Of a stretch of DNA of 64,000 nt, positions 29,311 through 38,338 are shown piece after piece. Under the pieces are notes generated by a model, which saw only the letters and a list, made by a program, of their open reading frames with translations, had not been told where the DNA came from and ran no database searches. Made by a program: the position numbers and the translations under genes. Positions within the stretch are counted from its first letter, which is position 1; every line of letters begins with the position of its first letter. Source of the DNA: Escherichia phage vB_EcoM_ESCO25; sequence record OM386656.1, one strand, 5' to 3'.

Positions 29311-29832
29311 TTAACTCCCCTTTGGTAGATAGAAACCATGCACTTTATCTCGATAAACAAGACGCATATCACGCTCCCAGTGTGTCCTTATATTCCGTTT
29401 CTTGAAGTATAGAGCACCTTTAGTAACATCTAAAACAGACCGCAATTCAGGAAAATGTTTCTCTAAATAAAGTAAACGCTCCGCTATTGCTTTTGCTTCC
29501 TGCCACTTATCTTTCTCTGTCACGTTAAAAGTTTTCGCATATGAGAATTGCCCTTTCTGGAACAAGACTCCCTTGACTGTGTTAGGGAAGTAGGCATCAT
29601 TTCTTCTGTTGATTACCACATTCCCAACGGCATTCATTCCTTTTTTACCCAGACCGCGACCTTCTGCGTAAATTGCACAAGCTAATAGAATTTTATCATT
29701 ATATTGCTTTGTACATTTGTGAACTACTTTAGCGGTTTTTACGTTTGCAGCTTCGGCTTTCGCCACAACAGGTGTAAATGTAAAAGCAGTTAAGGATAGT
29801 AACGCAACTGTTACAAAGTTTTTTATCAGCAA
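29311..29832 (-). CDS. secreted cell-wall hydrolase, SleB/CwlJ-like (candidate endolysin)
   Basis: 173-aa ORF with TTG start after SD AAGGAGG; N-terminal signal-like LLSLTAFTFTPVVAKA; CAIYAEGRG...AVGNVVINRR motif. Confidence 0.6.
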   Translation of the reverse strand: MLIKNFVTVALLSLTAFTFTPVVAKAEAANVKTAKVVHKCTKQYNDKILLACAIYAEGRGLGKKGMNAVGNVVINRRNDAYFPNTVKGVLFQKGQFSYAKTFNVTEKDKWQEAKAIAERLLYLEKHFPELRSVLDVTKGALYFKKRNIRTHWERDMRLVYRDKVHGFYLPKGS

Positions 29833-29893
29833 ATTTTGCCTCCTTTTTAAGTTAACGAACTTCTAGTATAACACGATAGAGGCTTTATTGCAA

Positions 29894-29914
29894 GAGGGGG
29901 ACTTCTCCCCCCTC
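29894..29914 (-). promoter_or_regulatory. G/C hairpin downstream of terD (weak terminator?)
   Basis: GAGGGGG-ACTTCT-CCCCCCTC inverted repeat; no strong U-run. Confidence 0.35.
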
Positions 29915-29932
29915 AAAATCATTTGTTAATTA

Positions 29933-30535
29933 TTATGGACATTCATACCATTCTTTTTTACCACCGAAGGCCATCACCACATCGCAAATATCCAGACCAG
30001 CTTTACCTACACCATATGCTTTCAGCTTCCATTCTCCATCTTCACGAACCAGGGAAGCCACGTGGCAGATTGTGTTGCCAGCTACTTCAGGAGCCAGGAA
30101 GTCAAAATCCAGAATTTCCACATTGCGCTCGGAGTCGAAGATTTTAAGCATACCTTCAGAAGCATGACCAAAACGTTTCAGACCTGTATCATCATCAATG
30201 GTCAGAACAAAGGCAATCTCTTGTGCATCAGGAGAGATTTTAGCCAGAGTAATATCAATCTGCTCCATGCTGCCAGTTCCATCACGAACATCGTCACCAG
30301 CGAAGGTAGAACGTTCAGGATCAAACTTGTTAGCATAGCAAACCAGATGACGTGCAGACAGCATTTCAGGATTGCCAGCGGCATTGTGACGACAAACCAG
30401 TGCACTTACATCCAGATCCAGTTTAGAATCAGATTTCCAAGAGAATTCCAGACGCAGTTCTTTCAGAGCCGGAGCAACTTTCTTCAGGGAAATTTTTTCG
30501 CTAGAACCTTTTTTCAGGGAAATTTTATCAGTCAT
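29933..30535 (-). CDS. terD: TerD-family protein
   Basis: 200-aa ORF; GDDVRDGTGSMEQIDITL matches TerD acidic signature. Confidence 0.8.
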   Translation of the reverse strand: MTDKISLKKGSSEKISLKKVAPALKELRLEFSWKSDSKLDLDVSALVCRHNAAGNPEMLSARHLVCYANKFDPERSTFAGDDVRDGTGSMEQIDITLAKISPDAQEIAFVLTIDDDTGLKRFGHASEGMLKIFDSERNVEILDFDFLAPEVAGNTICHVASLVREDGEWKLKAYGVGKAGLDICDVVMAFGGKKEWYECP

Positions 30536-30550
30536 CTTTTGTCTCCTCTA

Positions 30551-30820
30551 TTATTTAAGTGTAATACCAGTTACAGTCAATTCTACTTCCAAAAGCTTAG
30601 ATGTGTTTTGGATTGATACTAATTGTGCATGATGGTTTAGTTCTACAGCAGAATAATCATTTTCCCCATCATCTACTTTTAAATAAACAATGATTTCACT
30701 AAGGTCTAAACCATTTTCGTCAAATGCATTTTCATAGACGAAAGTATCTCCTACATCCAAATCTTTAATGGTAAGGCATCGTTTATTTACTTTTTGCTCA
30801 TCAATTTCGAAGTTTAACAC
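30551..30820 (-). CDS. small hypothetical protein, paralog of 31842..32138
   Basis: 89-aa ORF; shares layout and C-terminal ...VTGITLK / ...VTNITLKK with neighbour paralog. Confidence 0.5.
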   Translation of the reverse strand: MLNFEIDEQKVNKRCLTIKDLDVGDTFVYENAFDENGLDLSEIIVYLKVDDGENDYSAVELNHHAQLVSIQNTSKLLEVELTVTGITLK

Positions 30821-31049
30821 TTCTTCCTCCTAATGTTATCTCCGGTTTGTATATACGAAGAATTATAGCATTTTCATTTTCTTTGTCAACCCATTCTTCA
30901 TAATCAGGCCATACATGAATCTCTACTCTACTTACAATATCTTCCATTCGCACAGTCCCAATGAAATACTCTTTGAGACTGCGCATAATGAAAGCTTCTC
31001 TCTCGCGCCAATAATTTTCTATGACTTGAGAGGCAAGCTCGTCGATCAT
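30801..31049 (-). CDS. hypothetical protein
   Basis: 82-aa ORF coupled to flanking genes. Confidence 0.45.
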   Translation of the reverse strand: MIDELASQVIENYWREREAFIMRSLKEYFIGTVRMEDIVSRVEIHVWPDYEEWVDKENENAIILRIYKPEITLGGRSVKLRN

Positions 31050-31840
31050 TTTTTAGCACCTACTTTAACAACCCACTCTCCGAACTCTTCAGATAAGAGT
31101 TTGTCATAAAGCTCTGAATCTGTCAAGTCTAAATCTTTAATGCCAATAAAACCAACATTATCATAAGCATTTGCCAGTTCTTTCAGGAAGCCAAACTTCT
31201 CATTACCAACGCCAACCATGAACCAATAAATAGGTTTATTCTTATTCTCTTCAATAAGACGACGAACAGCACTAGGATCACCATTCTCACCATCCGTCTG
31301 GAAGAATACAACACCAGGGGTAACGTCAGCACCTGGTTCAGACACAGCTACAACCTTTTCACGCTCTACAGATACTGTTTCAGTTTTACCAAGCAGACGA
31401 TTAAAGAAGCCTTTCTTTGGAGCCTCCTCTTGTACCACTTGTTTAGTGGTAATATATTTGGTAACAGTGCCAAAATACTCATCGTAGATATCTGCCATTA
31501 CAGGGGCGTAATTTGTTCCACCTCCGATACGAACATTGCGCATACATTTACCAACATAGTCATCGTAAACGTCTGCTGTTGCTGGAGTAAGCTCTTGGGA
31601 ACTCGTATTGAAGGCCCACATATCAATTTGTTGATTATCGTCGAACAGCATACCAAAAGGAAGCAGTTTACCTACAAAATCACTCACTACCCCACTAGAA
31701 TATAGACCATGCATACTACCAGAAATATCTAGAGCACATGCTACACGAAGAACAATCTTACCTTCATTCAGGTTCTTATTCTTTTTCAGAGAGAAAGCAA
31801 GGTTTTCTTGACGTTTTTTCAGGCTGATTTTCTCGGACAT
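31046..31840 (-). CDS. von Willebrand factor A (vWA) domain protein, Ter-associated
   Basis: 264-aa ORF; MIDAS motif ALDISGSM; N-terminal EKISLKK like TerD N-terminus. Confidence 0.7.
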   Translation of the reverse strand: MSEKISLKKRQENLAFSLKKNKNLNEGKIVLRVACALDISGSMHGLYSSGVVSDFVGKLLPFGMLFDDNQQIDMWAFNTSSQELTPATADVYDDYVGKCMRNVRIGGGTNYAPVMADIYDEYFGTVTKYITTKQVVQEEAPKKGFFNRLLGKTETVSVEREKVVAVSEPGADVTPGVVFFQTDGENGDPSAVRRLIEENKNKPIYWFMVGVGNEKFGFLKELANAYDNVGFIGIKDLDLTDSELYDKLLSEEFGEWVVKVGAKK

Positions 31841-31841
31841 A

Positions 31842-32138
31842 TTATTTCTCCTTCTTAAGTGTAATATTGGTAACTTCTAAATCTACTTCCACCATATTTG
31901 TATCTGGCGGGATGCAATGAGTATAGCCTCGTTGTGCTAGTGATCCATTAATACAGATCGCACTGTTTGTGGAATTTTTAATGAACACCAAGTTACGGTA
32001 GGTATCCAACCCTGCGTCTTCATAGGCATCATAATACATGAATGTGGCCCCTATGCCAAGATCTTCGAAAGCAATAGGTAAATCCTGACACTTTTCTTCT
32101 TGAATATTGAATCTAAACACGCATACCTCCTCTACCAA
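31842..32138 (-). CDS. small hypothetical protein, paralog of 30551..30820
   Basis: 98-aa ORF. Confidence 0.5.
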   Translation of the reverse strand: MVEEVCVFRFNIQEEKCQDLPIAFEDLGIGATFMYYDAYEDAGLDTYRNLVFIKNSTNSAICINGSLAQRGYTHCIPPDTNMVEVDLEVTNITLKKEK

Positions 32139-32676
32139 TTTTGAAGCCCAAATCGTAAGCTTCTTTAGTGATCTTTTGCAACTCGCTTATAGGAAGTGTT
32201 ACAAGAGGATCATCTTCTTCAATTTCCATCTTGTCATCTTCTGTTTCAATGAGAGTATTATGCACTTTATGATAAGGGTTGTCAACACGTTTAAACTTAT
32301 TCTTTTCTGTGCTGAAGAAACAATCTGGATCTTCTTCACCATCACCCCAACCTTGATTAGGATCTCTGTCAGATTGTTCTGTAGGGATCTCACCTGTAAA
32401 GTACTCTTCCAGCACCATAGCGATGCCGTCCCTTGGATTTGAGGAATGCATCAAATCACAAACCTTACTCCAATCCATAGCCCAGTCGAACCGTTCACGA
32501 ACGCCATTTTCATCCTCTTTTCCAGAGAAAACACAACCATAACTATCATAGTTGCCATACATCTCTTCAATAACAACACCGTCCTTCAAAAGAAAGAGGT
32601 AGCAAGGTGATCCGTCGAAAGAAGTAGAAAGGGCAGCTTTGCCCGATTCTTTGCACAAAAAGCTAAAACAACCCAT
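32113..32676 (-). CDS. hypothetical acidic protein
   Basis: 187-aa ORF. Confidence 0.45.
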   Translation of the reverse strand: MGCFSFLCKESGKAALSTSFDGSPCYLFLLKDGVVIEEMYGNYDSYGCVFSGKEDENGVRERFDWAMDWSKVCDLMHSSNPRDGIAMVLEEYFTGEIPTEQSDRDPNQGWGDGEEDPDCFFSTEKNKFKRVDNPYHKVHNTLIETEDDKMEIEEDDPLVTLPISELQKITKEAYDLGFKIGRGGMRV

Positions 32677-32879
32677 TACAAACCCTCCTTCAGATTATCA
32701 AGAGCTACAGTGGTTTCACAAAATTCTCCATAAGCTTTATGATGTTCCAGAAAAGCTTCGGGTCCACCCCAATCATTGTCTTGTGTATTCCAGCCATCAA
32801 TAAAAGCATCTTCAATGATTGTGATCAGTTCTTGTCGGGTTAACTGGATAATATTAGGGTCGTTATCGTAGTTAAACAT
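32676..32879 (-). CDS. hypothetical protein
   Basis: 67-aa ORF. Confidence 0.45.
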   Translation of the reverse strand: MFNYDNDPNIIQLTRQELITIIEDAFIDGWNTQDNDWGGPEAFLEHHKAYGEFCETTVALDNLKEGL

Positions 32880-33045
32880 CCTCTTCCTCCTCTAAAATAT
32901 GGAACCCGTAATTACAATAGTCCTGAAAGGTTTCGTGTGCAAGATCTTCTATATCCTCTTGAGACATATCATCTTCAATTTCGATATCCACAACCTCATT
33001 GCATCCACACCAAGCAGTTTCAATATTCACTCGTAATATTTTCAT
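32872..33045 (-). CDS. small acidic hypothetical protein (57 aa)
   Basis: ORF below track cutoff filling the gap; stop overlaps next start. Confidence 0.35.
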   Translation of the reverse strand: MKILRVNIETAWCGCNEVVDIEIEDDMSQEDIEDLAHETFQDYCNYGFHILEEEEDV

Positions 33046-33242
33046 TACTCCTCCTCCTCATTGAAGTCAATATCTGCAAGGAGTTCGAATTTACGGAAGT
33101 TACGACAACCTTCATAAATATAACAATCACGACAAACTGCTAGAACACTTGGGGGATATATGCCTCCCATCGGCGCGAATCGTTTTTCGTCATCATAACG
33201 GACACCAATGTCCTCATCAATTATATAGATACGGATTCTCAT
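33045..33242 (-). CDS. hypothetical protein
   Basis: 65-aa ORF with Cys pair. Confidence 0.45.
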   Translation of the reverse strand: MRIRIYIIDEDIGVRYDDEKRFAPMGGIYPPSVLAVCRDCYIYEGCRNFRKFELLADIDFNEEEE

Positions 33243-34351
33243 TTACCAAGCCCTCGTTTCACAGCAGCTACCATCCCGTCTTCCAAAGATTGAACTTCAT
33301 TAATATAATCAACACGAGCAGCACGGGCTTCCGTATTGATGCGGTTAGTTTCTTCCAACATCTTAACCAAGTTTTCCTGATCGTGACGCAGAGTTTCAAT
33401 ATCCAACACTTGACGGTTAGCCAGTGCTGCTGCTTCGATCTGATTCTGTGTGGCAAGATCGCTACCCAGTTTAATTGCCAGGTTAAATTCATCAAGAACG
33501 TTATTCTGCGTCTCTGCTGCTTTCATTTGACGTAAGCTCTCGATATACATTGAGAAGTTAGCAGAGTAAGCAGGAATAACATTATTTACTATGTTACGCG
33601 CAGATCGCATTAAGCTTGCAGAAACTTTTTGCATACCTTGTACACGCGGTCCCATTTGGACACACAGTAGGCGCAATGCTTTTAAATCTGCAATACGAAT
33701 CTCCAGAAGATCCAAAGTATCTCGGATCACTTGTCGCTGTTCTACTGCATCTTCTGGAAGAGCAGCCAAAGCTTGTTCTTCTTTTTCATAGGTTGCTGTT
33801 AGAAGCTGCATATCTCGGTTCAAACTTGCAGCATATTGTCCAATAGCTTGATGTAGCTTTTCAAGATATACCAAGGAATCTTCTTCTTTGCGAATATCCA
33901 TTTGAAGGTTTTTTACCAACTCTTCAATACGGTTATTAACATTATCAAACTCCCCAAACAGATCTTCTTTCATACCCATAACTTTTTTAATGAGTTTAGT
34001 AATACCCTTGCTTTGTTTAATAGAGTTTGGATCAAGTTGTTTTGCCTGTTTAATCAAAGCTGTGAGTCGTTCACTCATCTGATCGCCTTGATTACTACGT
34101 TGATGTTTTAATACCTCGGCATTCAAGGAACGCAAGGTTGTTCCTGCCTCTGCCCCAATCTCTTCGATCTCCTGTCGGGTCATAGAAGGCAAAACTGGAA
34201 CTTCTTGCGGTGCCGCTGGTGCATAAACAGGACTGGCATCTAACACGCTTGGAGCGAATACAGATTTACTTGCATCTGTTGTTGCAGCAAATACGCTCAT
34301 TTCAGGTTTCTTCTGACAGCCAGTAGCTGCTTTTAAAAATGGACTTGTCAT
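33239..34351 (-). CDS. telA: TelA-like (toxic anion resistance) protein
   Basis: 370-aa helical/coiled-coil ORF; family assignment by resemblance and Ter-cluster context. Confidence 0.55.
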   Translation of the reverse strand: MTSPFLKAATGCQKKPEMSVFAATTDASKSVFAPSVLDASPVYAPAAPQEVPVLPSMTRQEIEEIGAEAGTTLRSLNAEVLKHQRSNQGDQMSERLTALIKQAKQLDPNSIKQSKGITKLIKKVMGMKEDLFGEFDNVNNRIEELVKNLQMDIRKEEDSLVYLEKLHQAIGQYAASLNRDMQLLTATYEKEEQALAALPEDAVEQRQVIRDTLDLLEIRIADLKALRLLCVQMGPRVQGMQKVSASLMRSARNIVNNVIPAYSANFSMYIESLRQMKAAETQNNVLDEFNLAIKLGSDLATQNQIEAAALANRQVLDIETLRHDQENLVKMLEETNRINTEARAARVDYINEVQSLEDGMVAAVKRGLGK

Positions 34352-34938
34352 TCTTCATTCTCCTCTTCTGCATCTCTTATATATGGTGAAACACCGTACT
34401 CTTTAGCTACTTTAACCCAATCGTCCCATTTATACAACCATAATTTTCCTTCGGTCCCTTCTTTATCTGATTTCAACCACATATTAGGTTGCTTACCTGG
34501 GTACATGCGATTAGGTTTACGATTATAACCTCTAACACATCTTGTCGCAAACCTATCTACCAGAACAAGAACATATTTATATTCGTGGTTCAACGGCTCT
34601 TTGGAAGTGGCTTTAGGATTAGCCCCTAACTCTGCTGCCAGTTTTTGCCAATGAGCACCGTGTCTACTAAACTTACCCATACAACCATCAATAGCATGAG
34701 CAATTTCGTGCTTCATTGTATCCACGATCATATCTCTTGTAGAGTTCTTATGCAAGTGCCAATTTACAACAACAATTTTATCTCGGTAGTTGCACCAACC
34801 GAAAGAGTTATTCACTTTGTTTCTAACACAAGCTTTATATCCTGCTTCACGTAACATGTTGTAGTAAACAGGAAAATCTTCTTTTATTTCCTGCATCACT
34901 TCCCACCACAAGAGTTGCAAGTCTCTCTCGGTATACAT
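34348..34938 (-). CDS. SprT-like zinc metallopeptidase
   Basis: 196-aa ORF with HEIAHAIDG HExxH motif and downstream HGAHW. Confidence 0.55.
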   Translation of the reverse strand: MYTERDLQLLWWEVMQEIKEDFPVYYNMLREAGYKACVRNKVNNSFGWCNYRDKIVVVNWHLHKNSTRDMIVDTMKHEIAHAIDGCMGKFSRHGAHWQKLAAELGANPKATSKEPLNHEYKYVLVLVDRFATRCVRGYNRKPNRMYPGKQPNMWLKSDKEGTEGKLWLYKWDDWVKVAKEYGVSPYIRDAEEENEE

Positions 34939-34941
34939 AAC

Positions 34942-35535
34942 TTACACCTTAAAAGTGAAATGCGTGGTCGTGGTTTCAAAATCAGGACCAGATAAACGTG
35001 CACTGAAATCTGAAATATTTGTAATTAAAAAGCTTTTATGCATACCTAACACAGCTACGCTTTCAATATCTTCTACTAACATTTCAATCATGTTAGAAAC
35101 ATGGCTGAACGTAGAGTTTTGTTTTTTGATGGTGTAGAAAGAAAGATTCCCACCTGCTGTATAAGATACCTCTTCAAAATCTTTAATGGTATATTGTGTG
35201 CCATCAGTAAAGAAAATGGTAGCTTTATTAGTAGCACGTTTCTTGTTTTTTGGTCCTTTTTTACGTTTACTGCGAGTAGGCAAACCGTTTGGGAACACCA
35301 TAGCTACAAATTCTTCAGCAGAAACCTCCTTACCGAAATCATAACCATAAGAAACAGCGTCTATAAACTCGTCATCTTCATTTTTAAAATAATGGAAATA
35401 GGGCCAATTTGAAAGATTATCAAGCATCTTATGCTCGTCCACAGCAGAGAATGTATCCCTCAAAGCGCGTGTGATTTGCAAAGCATTAGGCAACCTTTTA
35501 ACACCTACGATGGAAGTACGAATAGAAATTGTCAT
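34942..35535 (-). CDS. hypothetical protein
   Basis: 197-aa ORF. Confidence 0.5.
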   Translation of the reverse strand: MTISIRTSIVGVKRLPNALQITRALRDTFSAVDEHKMLDNLSNWPYFHYFKNEDDEFIDAVSYGYDFGKEVSAEEFVAMVFPNGLPTRSKRKKGPKNKKRATNKATIFFTDGTQYTIKDFEEVSYTAGGNLSFYTIKKQNSTFSHVSNMIEMLVEDIESVAVLGMHKSFLITNISDFSARLSGPDFETTTTHFTFKV

Positions 35536-35549
35536 TGTTTTTCTCCTTA

Positions 35550-35987
35550 TTAACGTCGCTTGCTACGAGATGAACTCTTTTTACTTAAAGGGCTATTGTA
35601 AGATTTACGAGTTGTATAGCTACTATTTGTTTTAAAAGTTTGTCTCGGCTTTTCATAAGTTTTTATCTCTTGTTTAGGCTTACTATAAAAATTAGTTTTC
35701 GGTTTAGGTGTATTATAATGCTTATTAATAATCGTTCTGTTATCGTTATAATCCCCACTGCTACGATTACTACCGCCACTCATCATATGCCCTAACAACA
35801 TACCTGTAGCAAACTCACCAACACCGCTACTACTAGAACCGCCACCATTGTTGATAATAGTTGTATCTCCGTCAGATCCTTGTTGAGCGTATTGTTGAGG
35901 AGGTTGTTGGTATTGTGCAGGATTTGTCTCATCCTCGCAAGCTGTTAAAAAGATACAACCAATTAAAATCAGGGCTAGTTTTTTCAT
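35550..35987 (-). CDS. lipoprotein (lipobox LTAC), Gln/Gly/Ser-rich with basic C-terminus
   Basis: Start moved to ATG 35987 (SD GAGGA); MKKLALILIGCIFLTAC signal peptide. Confidence 0.6.
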   Translation of the reverse strand: MKKLALILIGCIFLTACEDETNPAQYQQPPQQYAQQGSDGDTTIINNGGGSSSSGVGEFATGMLLGHMMSGGSNRSSGDYNDNRTIINKHYNTPKPKTNFYSKPKQEIKTYEKPRQTFKTNSSYTTRKSYNSPLSKKSSSRSKRR

Positions 35988-36174
35988 ATTTGCTTTCCTC
36001 GTTTTGGCTATTAATACATCTGTGTTTGAAATCTCCAGAGAAGCAATAAAGTTGCTCTCCATCTCGGTATAAACTCACTTTACTGCCGTTGATTACGCTT
36101 GTCAATACAAAAATTACAACAAACAACCCTATTGCAAAACAAATATTTTCAAACACAACCAACAAGTATTTCAT
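35929..36174 (-). CDS. small membrane protein (uncertain)
   Basis: 81-aa ORF with hydrophobic N-terminus; overlaps lipoprotein start by about 59 nt. Confidence 0.35.
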   Translation of the reverse strand: MKYLLVVFENICFAIGLFVVIFVLTSVINGSKVSLYRDGEQLYCFSGDFKHRCINSQNEESKYEKTSPDFNWLYLFNSLRG

Positions 36175-36521
36175 TTTAAAAATACCTCATCATCAGTTTC
36201 ATTATCCCAGAAGAACAAGTCCCAACCATTCGGATCATTCCATTTAGCTGCTGGAGAAGTCCATATTTGCTCGATATCAATATTCAAAACTTCACCGTTT
36301 CGTTTTGAAACAGCTTTAGTTAATTCCCAACGGGATACAGGCTCCACTTCCCCTGAACCACTCCCACAACAAGCTACCACATTAGGAGGCAAATTAATTG
36401 GATCTTTGGTCACGATCATAACGCTTACCCCAGGGTAAACTTTTGAAAGATAATCTAAAACGTAATCCACATCACCAGATAAATCCCAAACAAGTTCTTG
36501 AATTTCATCAAAATTACTCAT
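36171..36521 (-). CDS. hypothetical protein
   Basis: 116-aa ORF after terminator hairpin, SD TAGGAGAG. Confidence 0.5.
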   Translation of the reverse strand: MSNFDEIQELVWDLSGDVDYVLDYLSKVYPGVSVMIVTKDPINLPPNVVACCGSGSGEVEPVSRWELTKAVSKRNGEVLNIDIEQIWTSPAAKWNDPNGWDLFFWDNETDDEVFLK

Positions 36522-36532
36522 AAGTCTCTCCT

Positions 36533-36558
36533 ATAAAATAGCCTCCCGAAGGAGGCTC
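36533..36558 (-). terminator. rho-independent terminator after terC
   Basis: On - strand AGCCUCC-UUCG-GGAGGCU then AUUUUAUAG. Confidence 0.6.
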
Positions 36559-36563
36559 ATTTA

Positions 36564-37538
36564 TTAAACAGTAGCTTCTTCTTTTTCAGGGAAGATAAAG
36601 CTTGCAATAACACCAAGAGATAATGTGCCTAGAACAATCATCAGACTTACGTTAGGGGAAATATCATGCGGGAGGAATGACCACTTGGCATGAAGTGTTT
36701 CACCGAACGGGTGATACATAAGTTTAGCACCAACAAACACCAGAACCACAGCAACAGCTTTCTCTAAGTGAACCAGATATTTCACAGCTACACTTAACAC
36801 AAAGAAAAGTGCACGTAAACCAAGAACAGCCATCAGCATTGCAGAATAAACTAGCAGAGGTTCTTGTGTCACACCGATCACAGCCGGAACTGAATCAAAA
36901 GAGAAGACAATATCTGTAAGCTCAATAACAAACACACAAAGAAGAGCAGGAGTTGCATATTTAATACCATTCTTAATGGTGATGAACTTTTCACCATCCA
37001 GTGCATTGTGCACAGGCAGAACTTTACCTACTAAACGAACAGCCCAATGTTTAGAGTAATCAATATCCTCTTCTTTGTCACCACCTTTGATGATAGCCAC
37101 GGCAGACCAAGCTACAATCAAACCGAACAACACTTGGACCGACCAATGAAGGTTAAACAAAGCGGTCCCTGCTGCAACAAAAATACCTCGGAAGACAATG
37201 GCTCCTGCAATCCCCCAAAGTAGAATCTTATGTTGGAGATGTGTGCTCTTAATTCCAAAGCTTGCAAAAATTGCCATGAACACCATTAGGTTATCTACAG
37301 AAAGACTCTTTTCCAACACATAGCCACTTAGGAAAAGCGCGGCAAACTCTTTACCATGTTCTACCCAAATGAATGCGTAATACCCTAAAGCTAAAGCAAT
37401 CCAAAAAACAGACCAAAGCAAAGCAGATTTAATTCCAATTTCTTTATTCTCTTTATGACCAAAGAAATCGATACCAATAGACAATGCTAAAATACCAACT
37501 AAAACAACTACATCAATAATTGGGAAACCGAGTTGCAT
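36564..37538 (-). CDS. terC: TerC-family integral membrane protein
   Basis: 324-aa polytopic ORF with LEKSLSVDNLMVF motif; own promoter-hairpin unit upstream. Confidence 0.8.
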   Translation of the reverse strand: MQLGFPIIDVVVLVGILALSIGIDFFGHKENKEIGIKSALLWSVFWIALALGYYAFIWVEHGKEFAALFLSGYVLEKSLSVDNLMVFMAIFASFGIKSTHLQHKILLWGIAGAIVFRGIFVAAGTALFNLHWSVQVLFGLIVAWSAVAIIKGGDKEEDIDYSKHWAVRLVGKVLPVHNALDGEKFITIKNGIKYATPALLCVFVIELTDIVFSFDSVPAVIGVTQEPLLVYSAMLMAVLGLRALFFVLSVAVKYLVHLEKAVAVVLVFVGAKLMYHPFGETLHAKWSFLPHDISPNVSLMIVLGTLSLGVIASFIFPEKEEATV

Positions 37539-37555
37539 TCTTTTCTCCTCTCTTT

Positions 37556-37614
37556 GCGGGGAACTATTCCCCGCTTCATGTGATATATCTTACTCTTTTT
37601 AAGAACTATGTCAA
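37556..37614 (-). promoter_or_regulatory. promoter plus 5' stem-loop unit driving terC (same family as right-end array)
   Basis: On - strand TTGACA, 16-nt spacer, TAAGAT, 12 nt, then GCGGGGAA-TAG-TTCCCCGC, then SD AGAGAGGAG and terC ATG. Confidence 0.6.
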
Positions 37615-37617
37615 CAC

Positions 37618-37839
37618 TTATTTTGTTGAATGAGAGGAAAAGATTCCTCGTAATACCGCCAAAATAAACGAAACACAAACCACGGTCCAGAAGGTTACTG
37701 GGACAGTGATATCTGCATGACCCATAACTTCAGCAACATAGTTGTAAGCCAGCAACAGTAACCAAGCTGGAATCAAACTAAGCATAAAAGCAATAACAAA
37801 AAAGCTTACCACTGCAACAATACCTGCAAAAACACCCAT
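37618..37839 (-). CDS. small membrane protein (two TM helices)
   Basis: 73-aa hydrophobic ORF, SD AAGAGGAG. Confidence 0.5.
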   Translation of the reverse strand: MGVFAGIVAVVSFFVIAFMLSLIPAWLLLLAYNYVAEVMGHADITVPVTFWTVVCVSFILAVLRGIFSSHSTK

Positions 37840-37851
37840 ACTAATCTCCTC

Positions 37852-38325
37852 TTAAAGTTTATAAATAGTCACATCGTGACCTGTTTTTACTAAAGTTTCT
37901 TCAATCATCACTTGGATGATAGCCCAATTACCTCCGGCATGTCCCGCTCCAATCATAGGTAAACCGATCTTACATTTTTGGTCACGGAGAAGCAAATCAT
38001 TAGCCATAGCTATTAGTGCATCGTAAAGTGCATCATAGTCCAACTGACGACCTTTAGCATTGTATCCGTAACGGTATTGCCCGTATAGATTATATACCAA
38101 AGGGTCTGATTGTTCGTCTGGCACCCCTAAACTAAAAGAACCTAACTTACTTTGATCACCAGCCATTGTGTCTAAATCTGCCGCATATGCATAAGGGAAT
38201 GCTCGTTTAATTTGCGGAGCAATTCCTGCTCCCATATTACACATACAATTGCAACAATGAGCAATAACAGTTACTTCACCTGCTTTAGCGGCATCAATAA
38301 GATTACCTGTTTTCATTTTAAGCAT
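37852..38325 (-). CDS. macro-domain protein (ADP-ribose binding/hydrolase-like)
   Basis: Start moved to ATG 38325 (SD AAGGAG); TGNLIDAAKAGEVTVIAHCCNCMCNMGAGIA and IGLPMIGAGHAGG parallel macro-domain motifs. Confidence 0.6.
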   Translation of the reverse strand: MLKMKTGNLIDAAKAGEVTVIAHCCNCMCNMGAGIAPQIKRAFPYAYAADLDTMAGDQSKLGSFSLGVPDEQSDPLVYNLYGQYRYGYNAKGRQLDYDALYDALIAMANDLLLRDQKCKIGLPMIGAGHAGGNWAIIQVMIEETLVKTGHDVTIYKL

Positions 38326-38338
38326 TTTTAGCTCCTTA

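Noticed and set aside
30062-30616. 184-aa + strand ORF
   Set aside because: Antisense to terD, whose translation has clear family motifs
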